Shown here piece after piece: positions 44,456 through 54,717 of a stretch of DNA of 64,000 bases. Position 1 is the first letter of the stretch. Each line of letters opens with the position of its first letter. Below the pieces are notes generated by a model. That model was given only the letters and a program-made list of their open reading frames with translations. It was not told where the DNA came from and did not search any database. This stretch comes from Candidatus Latescibacterota bacterium (GTDB lineage: Bacteria > Latescibacterota > UBA2968 > GCA-2709665). Where the stretch lies: NCBI GenBank assembly GCA_965205485.1, contig OZ242180.1, forward strand, positions 2,272,001 to 2,336,000, written 5' to 3'. The position numbers were made by a program, and so were the translations under genes.

Positions 44456-46969
44456 ATGTTCACGTACAGGTCAAACAGGAAGTTGCTACTTCTCGCCGTT
44501 TTGTTGCTCGTCTTCGCAGCATCGGACTTTGCCGTTCCCAACGCGAGGGGCGTCGTGCCCCTCGATCTGACCCCCGATGACGTAGTGGGGAGTCGTGCCT
44601 GTCCTGGTGATTTTGACAACAATGGCGCCGTTGATTTCGTGGATTTTATATCCTTGGGCGTCGTGTTTGGCGCCTCTTCCGGCGACGCCAATTACAATGC
44701 GCTGATGGATTTGGACGGCAATGGCGTGATCAACTTTGGTGATTTTGTACTCTTCGCCGAAGTGTTTGGCACGACCTGCGAGCCGCCGCCGGCTGTTGCC
44801 CGTGTCACGGTGAGTCCATCGTCCGCGTCAATCGAAGAAGGAGGGACGCAGCAGTTCAGCGCCACCGCCTATGACTCGGTCGACGTGGAGATATCCGGCA
44901 AGACCTTCATCTGGTCGAGCGACAGCGCGTCGGTGGCCACCATCGACTCGTCCGGGTTGGCAACGGGCCTGGACGCCGGTTCCACGACGATCACGGCGAC
45001 CGTGGACGGCGTATCCGGCACGGCGACGTTGACCGTGACCGAGCCGCCGCCGGCTGTGGCCCGGGTGACGGTGAGTCCATCGTCCGTATCAATCGAGGAG
45101 GGCGGGACCCACCAGTTCAGCGCCACCGCCTATACCTCTGAAAACACGATGATATCCGGCAAGACCTTTGTCTGGACGAGCAGCAGCCCCTCGGTGGCCA
45201 CCGTCAACGCCTCCGGGTTGGCAACGGGTGTGGACGCCGGTTCCACGACGATCACGGCGACGGTGGACGGCATATCCGGCACGGCGACGCTGACCGTGAC
45301 CGTGTCGCCACCGGTTGTGGCCCGTGTAACGGTGAGTCCATCGTCCGTATCAATCGAGGAGGGCGGGACCCACCAGTTCAGCGCCACCGCCTATACCTCT
45401 GACAACACGATGATATCCGGCAAGACCTTTGTCTGGGCGAGCAGCAGCCCCTCGGTGGCCACCGTCGACGCGTCCGGGTTGGCAACGGGTGTGGACGCCG
45501 GTTCCACGACGATCACGGCGACCGTGGACGGCGTATCCGGCACGGCGACGTTGACCGTGACCGAGCCGCCGCCGGTTGTGGCCCGTGTAACGGTGAGTCC
45601 ATCGTCCGTATCAATCGAAGAGGGCGGGACCCGGCAGTTCAGCGCCACCGCCTATGACTCGGACAACACGATGATATCCGGCAAGACCTTTGTCTGGACG
45701 AGCAGCAGCCCCTCGGTGGCCACCGTCAACGCGTCCGGGTTGGCAACGGGTGTGGACGCCGGTTCCACGACGATCACGGCGACGGTGGACGGCATATCCG
45801 GCAAGGCGACGTTGACCGTGACCGAGTCGCCGCCGGCTGTTGCCCGTGTCACGGTGAGTCCATCGTCCGTATCAATCGAGGAGGGCGGGACCCGTCAGTT
45901 CAGCGCCACCGCCTTTACCTCGGACAACACGATGATATCCGGCAAGACCTTTGTCTGGACGAGCAGCAGCACCTCGGTGGCCACCATCAACTCATCCGGG
46001 TTGGCAACGGGTGTGGACGCCGGTTCCACGACGATCACGGCGACGGTGGACGGCATATCCGGCACGGCTACGCTGACCGTGACCGAGTCGCCGCCGGCTG
46101 TTGCCCGGGTGACGGTGAGTCCATCGTCCGTATCAATCGAGGAGGGCGGGACCCACCAGTTCAGCGCTACCGCCTTTACCTCGGACAACACGATGATATC
46201 CGGCAAGACCTTTGTCTGGACGAGCAGCAGCGCCTCGGTGGCCACCATCAATGCGTCCGGGCTGGCAACGGGTGTGGACGCCGGTTCCACGACGATCACG
46301 GCGACGGTGGACGGCGTATCCGGCACGGCGACGCTGACCGTGACCGAGCCGCCGCCGGTCGTGGCCCGTGTGACGGTGAGTCCATCGTCCGTATCAATCG
46401 AGGAGGGCGGGACCCACCAGTTCAGCGCCACCGCCTTTACCTCGGACAACACGATGATATCCGGCAAGACCTTCGCCTGGTCGAGCAGCAGCCCCTCGGT
46501 GGCGACCATCAACGCGTCCGGGTTGGCAACGGGGGTGGACGCCGGTTCCACGACGATCACGGCGACCGTGGACGGCATATCCGGCACTGCTTCGCTGACC
46601 GTGACGGATGCGGCGCCACGAAGCCGTACCGGTACGATCGGCGGACGAAACAACTATTCATCAGGCGGGTCGGTGACGCTAAGCGAGACTTCCGACGGGA
46701 AGCTCAGACTCAGCATTACCGGACTGTCAACGCCGGGCGGGGCGCCGGATGTGTTTGTAGCTCTTTACACCAGCGCCAACATTAACTGGCCCAAAGGCGG
46801 TTCTTTACCTGCCGGCGCCGTGGAATTTGGTGAAGTGTCACGGCAGTCGGGGAATAAGTCATGGACGTTTACTCCTGGCAGTGGAAAGAATATCAATTCA
46901 TGGAGCCACCTCATTCTTCATTGCAGGCTGATCAACAGGGAAGTCGGAAGCGCTTCATTGGGCAATTGA
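44456..46969 (+). CDS. Surface protein: signal, dockerin-like EF-hand pair, 7 Big_2 Ig-like repeats, DM13-like C-terminal domain
   Basis: GDFDNNGAVDFVDF...DLDGNGVINFGDF, then VTVSP...WTSS.PSVATV...GLATGV.AG.TTITAT x7, then GSVTL...APDVFVAL...HC. Confidence 0.85.
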   Translation: MFTYRSNRKLLLLAVLLLVFAASDFAVPNARGVVPLDLTPDDVVGSRACPGDFDNNGAVDFVDFISLGVVFGASSGDANYNALMDLDGNGVINFGDFVLFAEVFGTTCEPPPAVARVTVSPSSASIEEGGTQQFSATAYDSVDVEISGKTFIWSSDSASVATIDSSGLATGLDAGSTTITATVDGVSGTATLTVTEPPPAVARVTVSPSSVSIEEGGTHQFSATAYTSENTMISGKTFVWTSSSPSVATVNASGLATGVDAGSTTITATVDGISGTATLTVTVSPPVVARVTVSPSSVSIEEGGTHQFSATAYTSDNTMISGKTFVWASSSPSVATVDASGLATGVDAGSTTITATVDGVSGTATLTVTEPPPVVARVTVSPSSVSIEEGGTRQFSATAYDSDNTMISGKTFVWTSSSPSVATVNASGLATGVDAGSTTITATVDGISGKATLTVTESPPAVARVTVSPSSVSIEEGGTRQFSATAFTSDNTMISGKTFVWTSSSTSVATINSSGLATGVDAGSTTITATVDGISGTATLTVTESPPAVARVTVSPSSVSIEEGGTHQFSATAFTSDNTMISGKTFVWTSSSASVATINASGLATGVDAGSTTITATVDGVSGTATLTVTEPPPVVARVTVSPSSVSIEEGGTHQFSATAFTSDNTMISGKTFAWSSSSPSVATINASGLATGVDAGSTTITATVDGISGTASLTVTDAAPRSRTGTIGGRNNYSSGGSVTLSETSDGKLRLSITGLSTPGGAPDVFVALYTSANINWPKGGSLPAGAVEFGEVSRQSGNKSWTFTPGSGKNINSWSHLILHCRLINREVGSASLGN
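44780..46606 (+). repeat. Seven tandem 261-bp intragenic repeats
   Basis: 87-aa units, near-identical at DNA level. Antisense shadow ORFs recur every 261 nt. Confidence 0.95.
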
Positions 46970-46987
46970 TAAGCAAAGGAGAATTAA

Positions 46988-47812
46988 GTGAAAGGGTTTG
47001 TTCTTGCCGGGTTGCTTACGGGCGTGATGATATTGGATTTCTCCATCGCCTTCGCGGGTGGATGGACGCAGCTGAAGGGTAAGGGGTATTTCAAACTCAG
47101 CCAGCAGGTAATCAGCGCCGAGTCGCTTTTCATCGCGAATGGATCGAAGACCGAGATCCCGACCGTGAGCGGCTATACGACAAGTCTTTACGGTGAATTC
47201 GGCGTGACTGACCGGGTGACGCTGGTGGGCTACATGCCGGTCTATACGCACTTCGGCGTGGACGCCGAAGGGTTGGATTCAACGTCCGGTGTTGGCGATG
47301 GGGACGCAGGTGTCAGGATCGGGATTCTGACAAAAGGACCAACGGCGGTCAGTCTGCAGGCCATGGCAGGATTGCCGCTGGGCGAATCAGGGGGGGATAT
47401 CGTCCTCTGGACAGGCGACGGCGAATTCAATCAGCATGTTTCCCTTCAAGCAGGCCATTCGCTCTTTCCCGCACCTGCCTATCTGATAGGTGAGATCGGA
47501 TACAACAACCGAAAGAGCAGTGACAATCGCGATGAAAACTACGCGGACGAGTTTCGATACAGTCTGCAGGCTGGATATACGTTCGCCGAGCGAATATACG
47601 TCTCGGTCTGGCTCCGCGGGGTCGAAGCCCTCGACAGAGCAGATGATGAGTTTCACCCGCGCAACGATCTCGAGTACCTGTCCTTTGGATCCCAGATCGA
47701 TTTCCATGTTTCTCCCAACGCGGGAATTACCGCCGGCATTTCGAGGTTCGCGCGAAGCCACAACCTGCTCGATGCCCCTGTCTGGGAAGTCGGGTTGTTC
47801 TTGAAACTGTAG
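46988..47812 (+). CDS. Outer-membrane beta-barrel protein
   Basis: Signal peptide, AGGWTQ.KG.GY, YGEFGVTDR.T, GVGD...GVR, alternating strands. Confidence 0.65.
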   Translation: MKGFVLAGLLTGVMILDFSIAFAGGWTQLKGKGYFKLSQQVISAESLFIANGSKTEIPTVSGYTTSLYGEFGVTDRVTLVGYMPVYTHFGVDAEGLDSTSGVGDGDAGVRIGILTKGPTAVSLQAMAGLPLGESGGDIVLWTGDGEFNQHVSLQAGHSLFPAPAYLIGEIGYNNRKSSDNRDENYADEFRYSLQAGYTFAERIYVSVWLRGVEALDRADDEFHPRNDLEYLSFGSQIDFHVSPNAGITAGISRFARSHNLLDAPVWEVGLFLKL

Positions 47813-48097
47813 ATCGCTGCCGGCCGATCGCGACTTCGACGCGGTGTCGACGTAATCATTAACGCGGCGGCCTGCCCCGCGATGTCAGACCGCTCAATGC
47901 CGCCTGGTATGCTGCGCACGGATGAACGTCTGGCCGGAGCCGTGCATTACGTTCGCCTGAGGATGGCCATCAGTATGTTGTCGTCTCCCTCACTGGGAAT
48001 TTTAAAGCAGCTTCTGAGGAACTCGACGACGGAGCGGAAGCACCTGCGCCGAATCCCGTCTACGACCGTTGTTTCGGAGGCGCCGGGCGGATCATGC

Positions 48098-48146
48098 TTG
48101 ACCTTCGGCGGGTGATATCGTATGATGAGAGCATTATGCCATCATA
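48098..48146 (+). promoter_or_regulatory. vapBC promoter with inverted-repeat operator
   Basis: TTGACC (48098) - 17 nt - TATGAT (48121). The tatgatg...catcata inverted repeat overlaps the -10 box. Confidence 0.7.
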
Positions 48147-48177
48147 AAATGATTGCATCTTATGGAGGGAATGCGCC

Positions 48178-48450
48178 GTGGCGGATATTCTGAAGAGCAT
48201 GACCCTGCGTGGGATGGACTCCCGGCTTGCGGCCAAATTAAGGGAGGTGGCGAAGCGTGAAGGAAAGAGCATGAACCAGACGGCGCTGGACGCATTGCGA
48301 CAGCAGTTCGGATTGGACAAGCCACGCCGGTTCACCGAGGTCCATAGCGACCTGGACCACCTGTTCGGACGTTGGGACGAGGATGAGTTTGCCCGAATCC
48401 AGGGGAAGATCGACTCCGAGCGACGCATCGATCCGGAACTCTGGCGGTGA
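48178..48450 (+). CDS. vapB: RHH (FitA/VapB-like) antitoxin
   Basis: MTLRGMD..L...L...A..EGKSMNQ..., DLDHLFGRW. GTGA overlap with the PIN toxin. Confidence 0.8.
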   Translation: MADILKSMTLRGMDSRLAAKLREVAKREGKSMNQTALDALRQQFGLDKPRRFTEVHSDLDHLFGRWDEDEFARIQGKIDSERRIDPELWR

Positions 48451-48893
48451 ACGAATTCCTGATTGATACCAACGTTTACTCGCACGCCATGCGCGCGGAG
48501 CCGGCGATTGTCTCATTGCTTCGACGAGCTTCGCGAATCGTGATGAGTTCGATCAGTATCGGAGAACTGCTATCGGGCTTCAAGGGCGGCATCCGGGAGC
48601 GCAGGAACCGCGATGAACTGGCCGAATTCCTCGACTCGCCACGCGTGCAGACATGCGCCGTCAGCGAGACTACAGCCGAGTTCTATGCCGAGGTTCTGGA
48701 CGGGTTAAGGCGTGCCGGGACCCCGATCCCTACGAACGACATCTGGATCGCGGCTCAGACCATGGAACACGGTTTGCGGCTGGTCTCGTTGGATCGCCAC
48801 TTTGCATCCGTGCCGGGACTGCTTCTGGTTTCACCGGAGGCGCCGGCGCCGCAAGGGGAACAGGGAGACCGCGACGAACAATCGGCAAGCTGA
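48447..48893 (+). CDS. vapC: VapC PIN-domain toxin
   Basis: LIDTNVY, IGELLSGF, GTPIPTNDIWIAA, LVSLDRHF. Confidence 0.9.
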   Translation: MNEFLIDTNVYSHAMRAEPAIVSLLRRASRIVMSSISIGELLSGFKGGIRERRNRDELAEFLDSPRVQTCAVSETTAEFYAEVLDGLRRAGTPIPTNDIWIAAQTMEHGLRLVSLDRHFASVPGLLLVSPEAPAPQGEQGDRDEQSAS

Positions 48894-48954
48894 TCCGTTC
48901 GTGAAACAAGAGGCGTCGCAGCCCGGACACGCTCTATTTGCCACAGTTTACCCC

Positions 48955-50052
48955 ATGCCCAGGACCGATTTTGGACACATCCGATTCGTCCGCCTCAACG
49001 CCGAGGTCATTGCGGTCAGTCCGACCGAGGCGGCCCTGTACAGGCACTACGGGATCGCGCCTGTCCTGGTGGATGCGTACGAACCGGACGACATTATCGC
49101 GGGTGTTGCGGATTGCGACGCCCTGGCCGTCGTGTCGGCGTCCCTTCCCGAGGAGGTCATCAGGAGCCTCGCCAGGTGCAGGATCATTTCCCGTCTGGGC
49201 AACGGCACGGACAAGATCGACGTGGAGGCCGCCACGCGTGACGGCATCGTCGTCTCCAATGTCCCCACGTTCTGCAACGAAGAAATGGCCGACCACGTCA
49301 TGGCTTTCCTGCTCGGCCTCGCCCGGCGAATTCCCGCAATGTCAAGGCACTTTTACGCCGGCAGGTTCCAGAGAGCGCGGGACGAAGGTCTCATGCTGCA
49401 GCGCATCTCGGCCCTCACGCTCGGTCTGATCGGTTTCGGCGCATCGGCCAAAGCGGTCGTGCGACGGGCAAAGCCCTTCGGCCTGAGGCTGCTGGCCACC
49501 AGGAAAAATATGCGTGCGCCGCGGGACGAAGCCGATGCCCTCGGCGTGAGGATGGTGGACCTCGACACGCTGTTGGCGGAGTCGGACTTCGTCTCTCTGC
49601 ACCTGCCTCTCACGAAGGAGACCTATCGCCTGCTGGACGCGCCCACCCTAAGGAAAATGAAACCGGGATCCTTTTTCATCAATACCTGCCGGGGCGCGAT
49701 AACGGACGAAAGCGCCCTGGCCGACCTTCTGCGAAGCGGACATCTGGGCGGCGCCGCCATTGACACATTCGACGATATCGAGATCTTCGGCGAACAGGAG
49801 GCGCCGCCCGACCACGCGCTCGCCCGGCTCGACAACGTGGTCCTGACCCCGCACGTCTCCGGCCTGTCCGTGCAGGCCAGCCAGGACGTGGCGATTACGG
49901 GTGTGGAGAACCTCGTCTCGGTGCTCAACCGCCGCTGGCCCCATCCGGACAACATCGTCAACACCGGCGTTCGTCCGCGCCTCCCGCTGAAGGAACACGA
50001 TCCCGCGTTGTTCGATCATCGAAAGGACGTCACGCTGCAAGCCCGGAATTGA
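48955..50052 (+). CDS. D-isomer-specific 2-hydroxyacid dehydrogenase (CtBP/serA-like)
   Basis: G.GTDKID, GLIGFGAS, SDFVSLHLPL, FINTCRG, TPHVSG. Confidence 0.9.
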   Translation: MPRTDFGHIRFVRLNAEVIAVSPTEAALYRHYGIAPVLVDAYEPDDIIAGVADCDALAVVSASLPEEVIRSLARCRIISRLGNGTDKIDVEAATRDGIVVSNVPTFCNEEMADHVMAFLLGLARRIPAMSRHFYAGRFQRARDEGLMLQRISALTLGLIGFGASAKAVVRRAKPFGLRLLATRKNMRAPRDEADALGVRMVDLDTLLAESDFVSLHLPLTKETYRLLDAPTLRKMKPGSFFINTCRGAITDESALADLLRSGHLGGAAIDTFDDIEIFGEQEAPPDHALARLDNVVLTPHVSGLSVQASQDVAITGVENLVSVLNRRWPHPDNIVNTGVRPRLPLKEHDPALFDHRKDVTLQARN

Positions 50053-50110
50053 CCGCGCCGCTTCCCGCATCATCGCGGCGCCACATGAATCAATTCAGGA
50101 GAGGATTTCC

Positions 50111-50476
50111 ATGGCAAAACAGGTGAGCCCCGAGCCCTTCTACTCCATGTCCCGCCGCGCCGGCGACCTGCTGTTTCTCTCCGGCTTCGGCCCCGTCGAG
50201 GGCGCCGAGGTCGTCGGGAAGAGTATCGAAGAACAGACCATCTTCACCATGGACAACATGGTGCGGGTGCTGGAAAGCGAAGGCGCCACCTTCGACGACG
50301 TCGTCCGCGTCAACGTCTTCCTCCTGGACATGGCGGACCGCGACGGATTCAATCGCACCTATATGCGGTACTTCAGAAACAAAAGCCGGATGCCCACAAG
50401 ACGCCTGGTCGGCGCCGGCGACATGTTTAAGGGCATCCTCGTCGAAATCGACGCCGTCGCGTATCTGGGTGAATAG
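50111..50476 (+). CDS. RidA/YjgF-family protein
   Basis: YS...RAGDLLFLSG, DDVVRVNVFL.D, PTR, LVEIDAVA. Confidence 0.9.
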   Translation: MAKQVSPEPFYSMSRRAGDLLFLSGFGPVEGAEVVGKSIEEQTIFTMDNMVRVLESEGATFDDVVRVNVFLLDMADRDGFNRTYMRYFRNKSRMPTRRLVGAGDMFKGILVEIDAVAYLGE

Positions 50477-50536
50477 CGGGTCCCCGGTCGGCCGATGCTG
50501 GAGGCGCGCTTCCCCTCGCAAACTCGGAGATGGACC

Positions 50537-51349
50537 ATGTCACATCCAATATTCGACATGACGGACCGTGTCGCCCTGGTGACGGGCGCGGCCAGCGGGA
50601 TGGGCAAGGCAATGGCCGTGGGCTTCGCGGAGGCCGGGGCAGATCTCATGCTGGCCGACGTCAACGAACCCGGCGCACAGGAAACCGCGCACGAGATCGA
50701 ATCGCTGGGTCGGCGCGCCGTTCCGGTGCGGTGCGACGTTTCCGACGTCGAACAGGTCCGCGGAATGTTTTCGCGGCTGGACCGCGAATTCGGCCGGATC
50801 GACGTTCTGGGCAACGTCGCCGGCGGAACCATGCTGGGCAAACCCGAGGACCTCTCCCTGGATCGGCTCCAGGAGAGCCTGCAGTCTCTGGTCATCGCAC
50901 GCTTCTGCAGCTGCCAGGAGGGAGGCAGGCGCATGCTCGCCGCGGGCAAGGGCAGCATCATCAACATCGGTTCTCTCGCAAGCCTCACCGCGATCGGGCG
51001 GGGCCACGTCGCCTACAGCATCGGGATGGGCGCCGTCGCCCAGATGACCCGGGAACTCAGCACGGAATGGAGCAGCCGCGGCGTGCGCGTGAATGCGATT
51101 CTGCCCGCCCAGGTTATGAACCCTTTCTTGGAAAAACGACTGCGGGCCGAACCTCGCATGGCCGATACGTGGCTGGGCGGCATTCCGGCCGGCCGGTTCG
51201 GCGAGCCGAAAGACATCGTGGGCGTTGCCATCTTCCTGGCGTCCGACGCGTCGGCGTGGGTCACCGGCGTGATGTTGCCCATGGACGGCGGCAATCTCGC
51301 GATGAACGCCGGCGGCACCTATCCCGGAGGCCCGATCGTCAGCGGGTAA
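50537..51349 (+). CDS. Short-chain dehydrogenase/reductase
   Basis: VTGAASGMG, GSIINIGS, YSIGM (the YxxxK Lys is replaced by Met), VRVNAILP. Confidence 0.85.
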   Translation: MSHPIFDMTDRVALVTGAASGMGKAMAVGFAEAGADLMLADVNEPGAQETAHEIESLGRRAVPVRCDVSDVEQVRGMFSRLDREFGRIDVLGNVAGGTMLGKPEDLSLDRLQESLQSLVIARFCSCQEGGRRMLAAGKGSIINIGSLASLTAIGRGHVAYSIGMGAVAQMTRELSTEWSSRGVRVNAILPAQVMNPFLEKRLRAEPRMADTWLGGIPAGRFGEPKDIVGVAIFLASDASAWVTGVMLPMDGGNLAMNAGGTYPGGPIVSG

Positions 51350-51357
51350 CCACGATT

Positions 51358-51409
51358 CGAAAAAAGACAACCGTTAATTTACCACAAAAAGCACAAAAGG
51401 CACAGAAGG
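51358..51409. repeat. Left-arm copy of the dispersed element at 4582
   Basis: cgaaaaaagacaaccgttaatttaccacaaaaagcacaaaaggcacagaagg. Confidence 0.75.
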
Positions 51410-51419
51410 TGACGGCATC

Positions 51420-52409
51420 ATGCCGGAAAATCTCGAAAACGAACGCGTCCTGTCCCTCTACCGCCAGATGCTCACGATCCGGCGCACCGAGGAGCAGATT
51501 GCCAGGTCGTACCAGGCCGGACTCATCCCGGGGGCCTGCCACACGTACGTCGGAGAAGAAGCCATCGCGGCGGGCGTCTGCGCGCACCTGCGCGGGGAAG
51601 ACACGATCTTCAGCACCCATCGGGGCCACGGCCATGCGCTCGCCAAGGGCGTACCCATACGCGAACTCATCGCTGAACTCTTCGGCAAGTCCACGGGGTG
51701 CGCGCGGGGGCGGGGCGGCAGCATGCACCTGTTCTCCCCCGAAATCGGGCTGATGGGCACCAGCGGAATCGTGGGCCCTTGCATCCTTCAGGCCGCCGGC
51801 GCCGCCTATACGTTCAAATTGCTCGAATCGGACCGCGTCAGCGTGGCCTTCTTCGGCGACGGAGGCGTCAACAACGGCGCTTTTCACGAGGGCCTGAACA
51901 TGGCCGCGATCTGGCAACTGCCTGTGGTCTTCGTCCTGGAAGACAACCGGTACGCCACCGAAGTGGCCTTCGAGTACGCCACTCGCAATACGGATGTCGC
52001 ACAGCGCGCGGAAGGCTATGGCGTAACCGGCGTTCAGGTGGATGGAAACGACGTCCTCAACGTCTACAAAAAAGCCGGCGACGCCGTCGTTCGCGCCCGC
52101 AAAGGCGGCGGCCCCACGCTGCTGGACTGCAAGACCTACCGCACGCGTCCCCACGCGGAGGGGATGCGGGATACCGGTTACCGGACGCAGGAAGAACTCG
52201 AGACCTGGAAGGCCAGGGACCCCATCGAATTGCTGGCCGGAAAACTGCAGGAAGAGGGCATCGCAGACCGGGAGACCCTCGACCGGATCGAAAACGATGT
52301 CAGGGCCGCCGTCGAAGAGGGCGTCGAGTTCGCCAGGAAGAGCCCGTGGCCGGATCCGGTCTCGGTAGCGGACCACGTCTTCAGCGGACAGGATGCAACC
52401 CATGCGTGA
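51420..52409 (+). CDS. TPP-dependent 2-oxoacid/acetoin dehydrogenase E1 alpha (acoA/pdhA-like)
   Basis: HTYVGEEA, STHRGHGH, GRGGSMH, GDG...N TPP motif, TYR..H. Confidence 0.9.
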   Translation: MPENLENERVLSLYRQMLTIRRTEEQIARSYQAGLIPGACHTYVGEEAIAAGVCAHLRGEDTIFSTHRGHGHALAKGVPIRELIAELFGKSTGCARGRGGSMHLFSPEIGLMGTSGIVGPCILQAAGAAYTFKLLESDRVSVAFFGDGGVNNGAFHEGLNMAAIWQLPVVFVLEDNRYATEVAFEYATRNTDVAQRAEGYGVTGVQVDGNDVLNVYKKAGDAVVRARKGGGPTLLDCKTYRTRPHAEGMRDTGYRTQEELETWKARDPIELLAGKLQEEGIADRETLDRIENDVRAAVEEGVEFARKSPWPDPVSVADHVFSGQDATHA

Positions 52410-53379
52410 AATCACGTTTACGGAAGCCGCGCGAGAAGCCCTGTCCGATGCCATGGCGGCGGACCCGACCGTCTTCGTGGTAGGCGAGGGCGTGGGCGAA
52501 CGCGGTGGCAACTTCAACACCACCACCGGGCTTTACGAGCGCTACGGTCCGATGCGCGTATGCGACACCCCGATCTGCGAGCGGGGCTTCATCGGACTCT
52601 GCACCGGCGCGGCCATGGCAGGCGCGCGGCCCGTGGTGGACTTCATGTTCATCGACTTCATCCTGGACGGCTTCGGCGAGATGGTCAACCAGATCGCCAA
52701 GATGCAGTACATGAGCAGCGGCCGCCTGTCCATGCCCGTTGTGCTGCGAGGCTGCGTCGGTATCGGTGGCGCCGCCGCCACCCACCATTCGGGGAATTAC
52801 TATCCCGTTTTCGCGCATCTGCCTGGCTTCCGCGTGGCCCTGCCCGCCACGCCTTACGACGCCAAGGGCCTGTTCAAAACCGCTTTGGAAGGCGATGATC
52901 CCGTTCTCTTCCTCGAACACAAATCCATCCTCAACCATCGTGGTCCGGTACCCGATACGCCGTACGCCATTCCATTCGGGAAGGCCGAGGTCCGCCGCGA
53001 GGGCGACGACGTCACGGTTGTCGCGCTGGCAAATATGGTTCCCCTGACGTGGAAACTCTGCGACGAACTCGCGGGGGACGGCATCTCCGTCGAACTCATC
53101 GACCCGCGCACCGTGGCGCCGCTGGATATGGCTACCATACTGGAATCCGTACACAAGACGGGCCGCCTGCTCATCGTCGACGAGGCCTTCGGCCCGTGCG
53201 GGATCGGCGCTGAAATCGCCGCTCAGGTCCAGAGCCTGGCGTTTGACGATCTGGACGCACCGGTAAGCCGCCTCAACGGCGCGCATGTCCCCACGCCGTA
53301 CAGCGCCCCGCTCGAAGCTGCCTGCCTGCCGCAGCCGGATACCGTTTCACAGGCCATCCGCGACCTGATGGAGGAATAG
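52402..53379 (+). CDS. E1 beta subunit (acoB/pdhB-like)
   Basis: DTPICE, RPVVDFMF.DF, PYDAKGL, DPVLFLEHK, DPRTVAPLD. Confidence 0.9.
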   Translation: MREITFTEAAREALSDAMAADPTVFVVGEGVGERGGNFNTTTGLYERYGPMRVCDTPICERGFIGLCTGAAMAGARPVVDFMFIDFILDGFGEMVNQIAKMQYMSSGRLSMPVVLRGCVGIGGAAATHHSGNYYPVFAHLPGFRVALPATPYDAKGLFKTALEGDDPVLFLEHKSILNHRGPVPDTPYAIPFGKAEVRREGDDVTVVALANMVPLTWKLCDELAGDGISVELIDPRTVAPLDMATILESVHKTGRLLIVDEAFGPCGIGAEIAAQVQSLAFDDLDAPVSRLNGAHVPTPYSAPLEAACLPQPDTVSQAIRDLMEE

Positions 53380-53528
53380 CAGCCCGTTGATAAAGTCCAT
53401 CCGGGCTACGGCCGTCCCTTGCGGTCGATATTCCGCGTTGCGCTCCCTCGCCGAATCGATGGATGGGACTCCGTCGCGCGCCTTGTCTTCGGCCTCGCCT
53501 ACAGAGCGATTTTATCAGCGGACTTATA
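53377..53528. mobile_element. MITE-like element, copy 2
   Basis: tagcagcccgttgataaa...tttatcagcggacttata. Starts at the TAG stop of E1 beta. Confidence 0.7.
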
Positions 53529-53556
53529 GGCGCGGCGCTTAACGAGGATGATCTCC

Positions 53557-54717
53557 ATGGCCACAGAAATCGTCATGCCCCGCCTGGGATGGACCATGGA
53601 GGAAGGCACCCTGGTCGAATGGCTCAAGCAGAACGGGGATCAGGTTCAGGCCGGGGACATCATCTTCACGGTTGAAAGCGACAAAGCGATCAACGAAGTC
53701 GAATCCTTCGACAGCGGAACCCTGTATATACCGCCCGATGCGCCTCAACCCGGAGACACGCTGCCGATCGGCGCGGTTCTGGGCTTCCTGCTGGGTCCCG
53801 GTGAAGGTCCTCCCGCTGCCACTCCCGCCCCGCCGGCGGTGGATAAGGAAGCGGAATCAAGCCCGCAACGGGCCGCCCCTTCCCGGCCTCCAGCGGATCG
53901 ACCGAAAGGACGAAGGAGCCGGTCCGCGATCAGCCCGCGGGCGCTTCGCCTGGCGACGGAACTGGGTGTCGAATGGAGCACGTTGAAAGGCAGCGGTCGG
54001 AACGGTCGTATTGTCGAACGGGACGTCCGTGAAGCGACGCCGCCCAGTTCCGCTGACAAAGCCGCAAGCGCCACTCGCCGGACCATCGCGCGGCGAATGA
54101 CCGAGAGTCACGCCGAGACCGCGCCCGTAACGCTTACCACGGAAGCCGACGCGACGGATTTCGCGGCATTGCGCGCGGAACTCGACATTTCCCACCTCAC
54201 ATATAACGACCTTTTCCTGAAGCTGACGGCCGTCGCCCTGGTCGAACATCCGGACCTGAACGCCTCGTGGCGGGACGGGTCTGTCCACAGGCACGACGCG
54301 ATCCACGTCGGTATCGCCGTGGATACCCACGGCGGCCTCTTGGTACCAGTCATCAAGAATGCCGGCGCCAGGGACCTGCCCGATCTCGCCATAGAGACCG
54401 CCGACCTGGTTCAGAAAGCCAGGCAGGGAGACCTCGAACCCGAACACCTTCAAGGGGGTACGTTTACGATTACGAACCTCGGCGCGTACGGTATCGACGT
54501 CTTTACGCCCATTGTCAACCTGCCTCAGTGCGCCATTCTGGGCATCGGCCGGATTGTCGCGAAACCGGCGGTATACCAGGGCCGGGTCGTGCCCAGGGAC
54601 ATGGTCTCCCTGAGTCTCACTTTCGACCACCGCATCGTCGACGGCGGTCCTGCCGCCCGGTTCCTGGACACGATCCGCAGATACGTCGAACGTCCCGATC
54701 TCTGGCACGCCCGCTAG
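53557..54717 (+). CDS. E2 dihydrolipoamide acyltransferase (acoC/pdhC-like)
   Basis: Lipoyl motif ESDKA, E3-binding SPRA..LA...GSG.NGRI...DV, TITNLG, DHRIVDG. Confidence 0.9.
   Translation: MATEIVMPRLGWTMEEGTLVEWLKQNGDQVQAGDIIFTVESDKAINEVESFDSGTLYIPPDAPQPGDTLPIGAVLGFLLGPGEGPPAATPAPPAVDKEAESSPQRAAPSRPPADRPKGRRSRSAISPRALRLATELGVEWSTLKGSGRNGRIVERDVREATPPSSADKAASATRRTIARRMTESHAETAPVTLTTEADATDFAALRAELDISHLTYNDLFLKLTAVALVEHPDLNASWRDGSVHRHDAIHVGIAVDTHGGLLVPVIKNAGARDLPDLAIETADLVQKARQGDLEPEHLQGGTFTITNLGAYGIDVFTPIVNLPQCAILGIGRIVAKPAVYQGRVVPRDMVSLSLTFDHRIVDGGPAARFLDTIRRYVERPDLWHAR

Noticed and set aside
44780..46606. Regular repeats as a possible CRISPR array or DGR template
   Set aside because: In-frame 261-bp coding repeats with no spacers, and no cas or reverse transcriptase gene in the window.
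47920..48010. Possible remnant of a PQQ-dehydrogenase C-terminus (ITFA/DGHQYVVV)
   Set aside because: Needs two frameshifts over a very short match, so it is not supportable.
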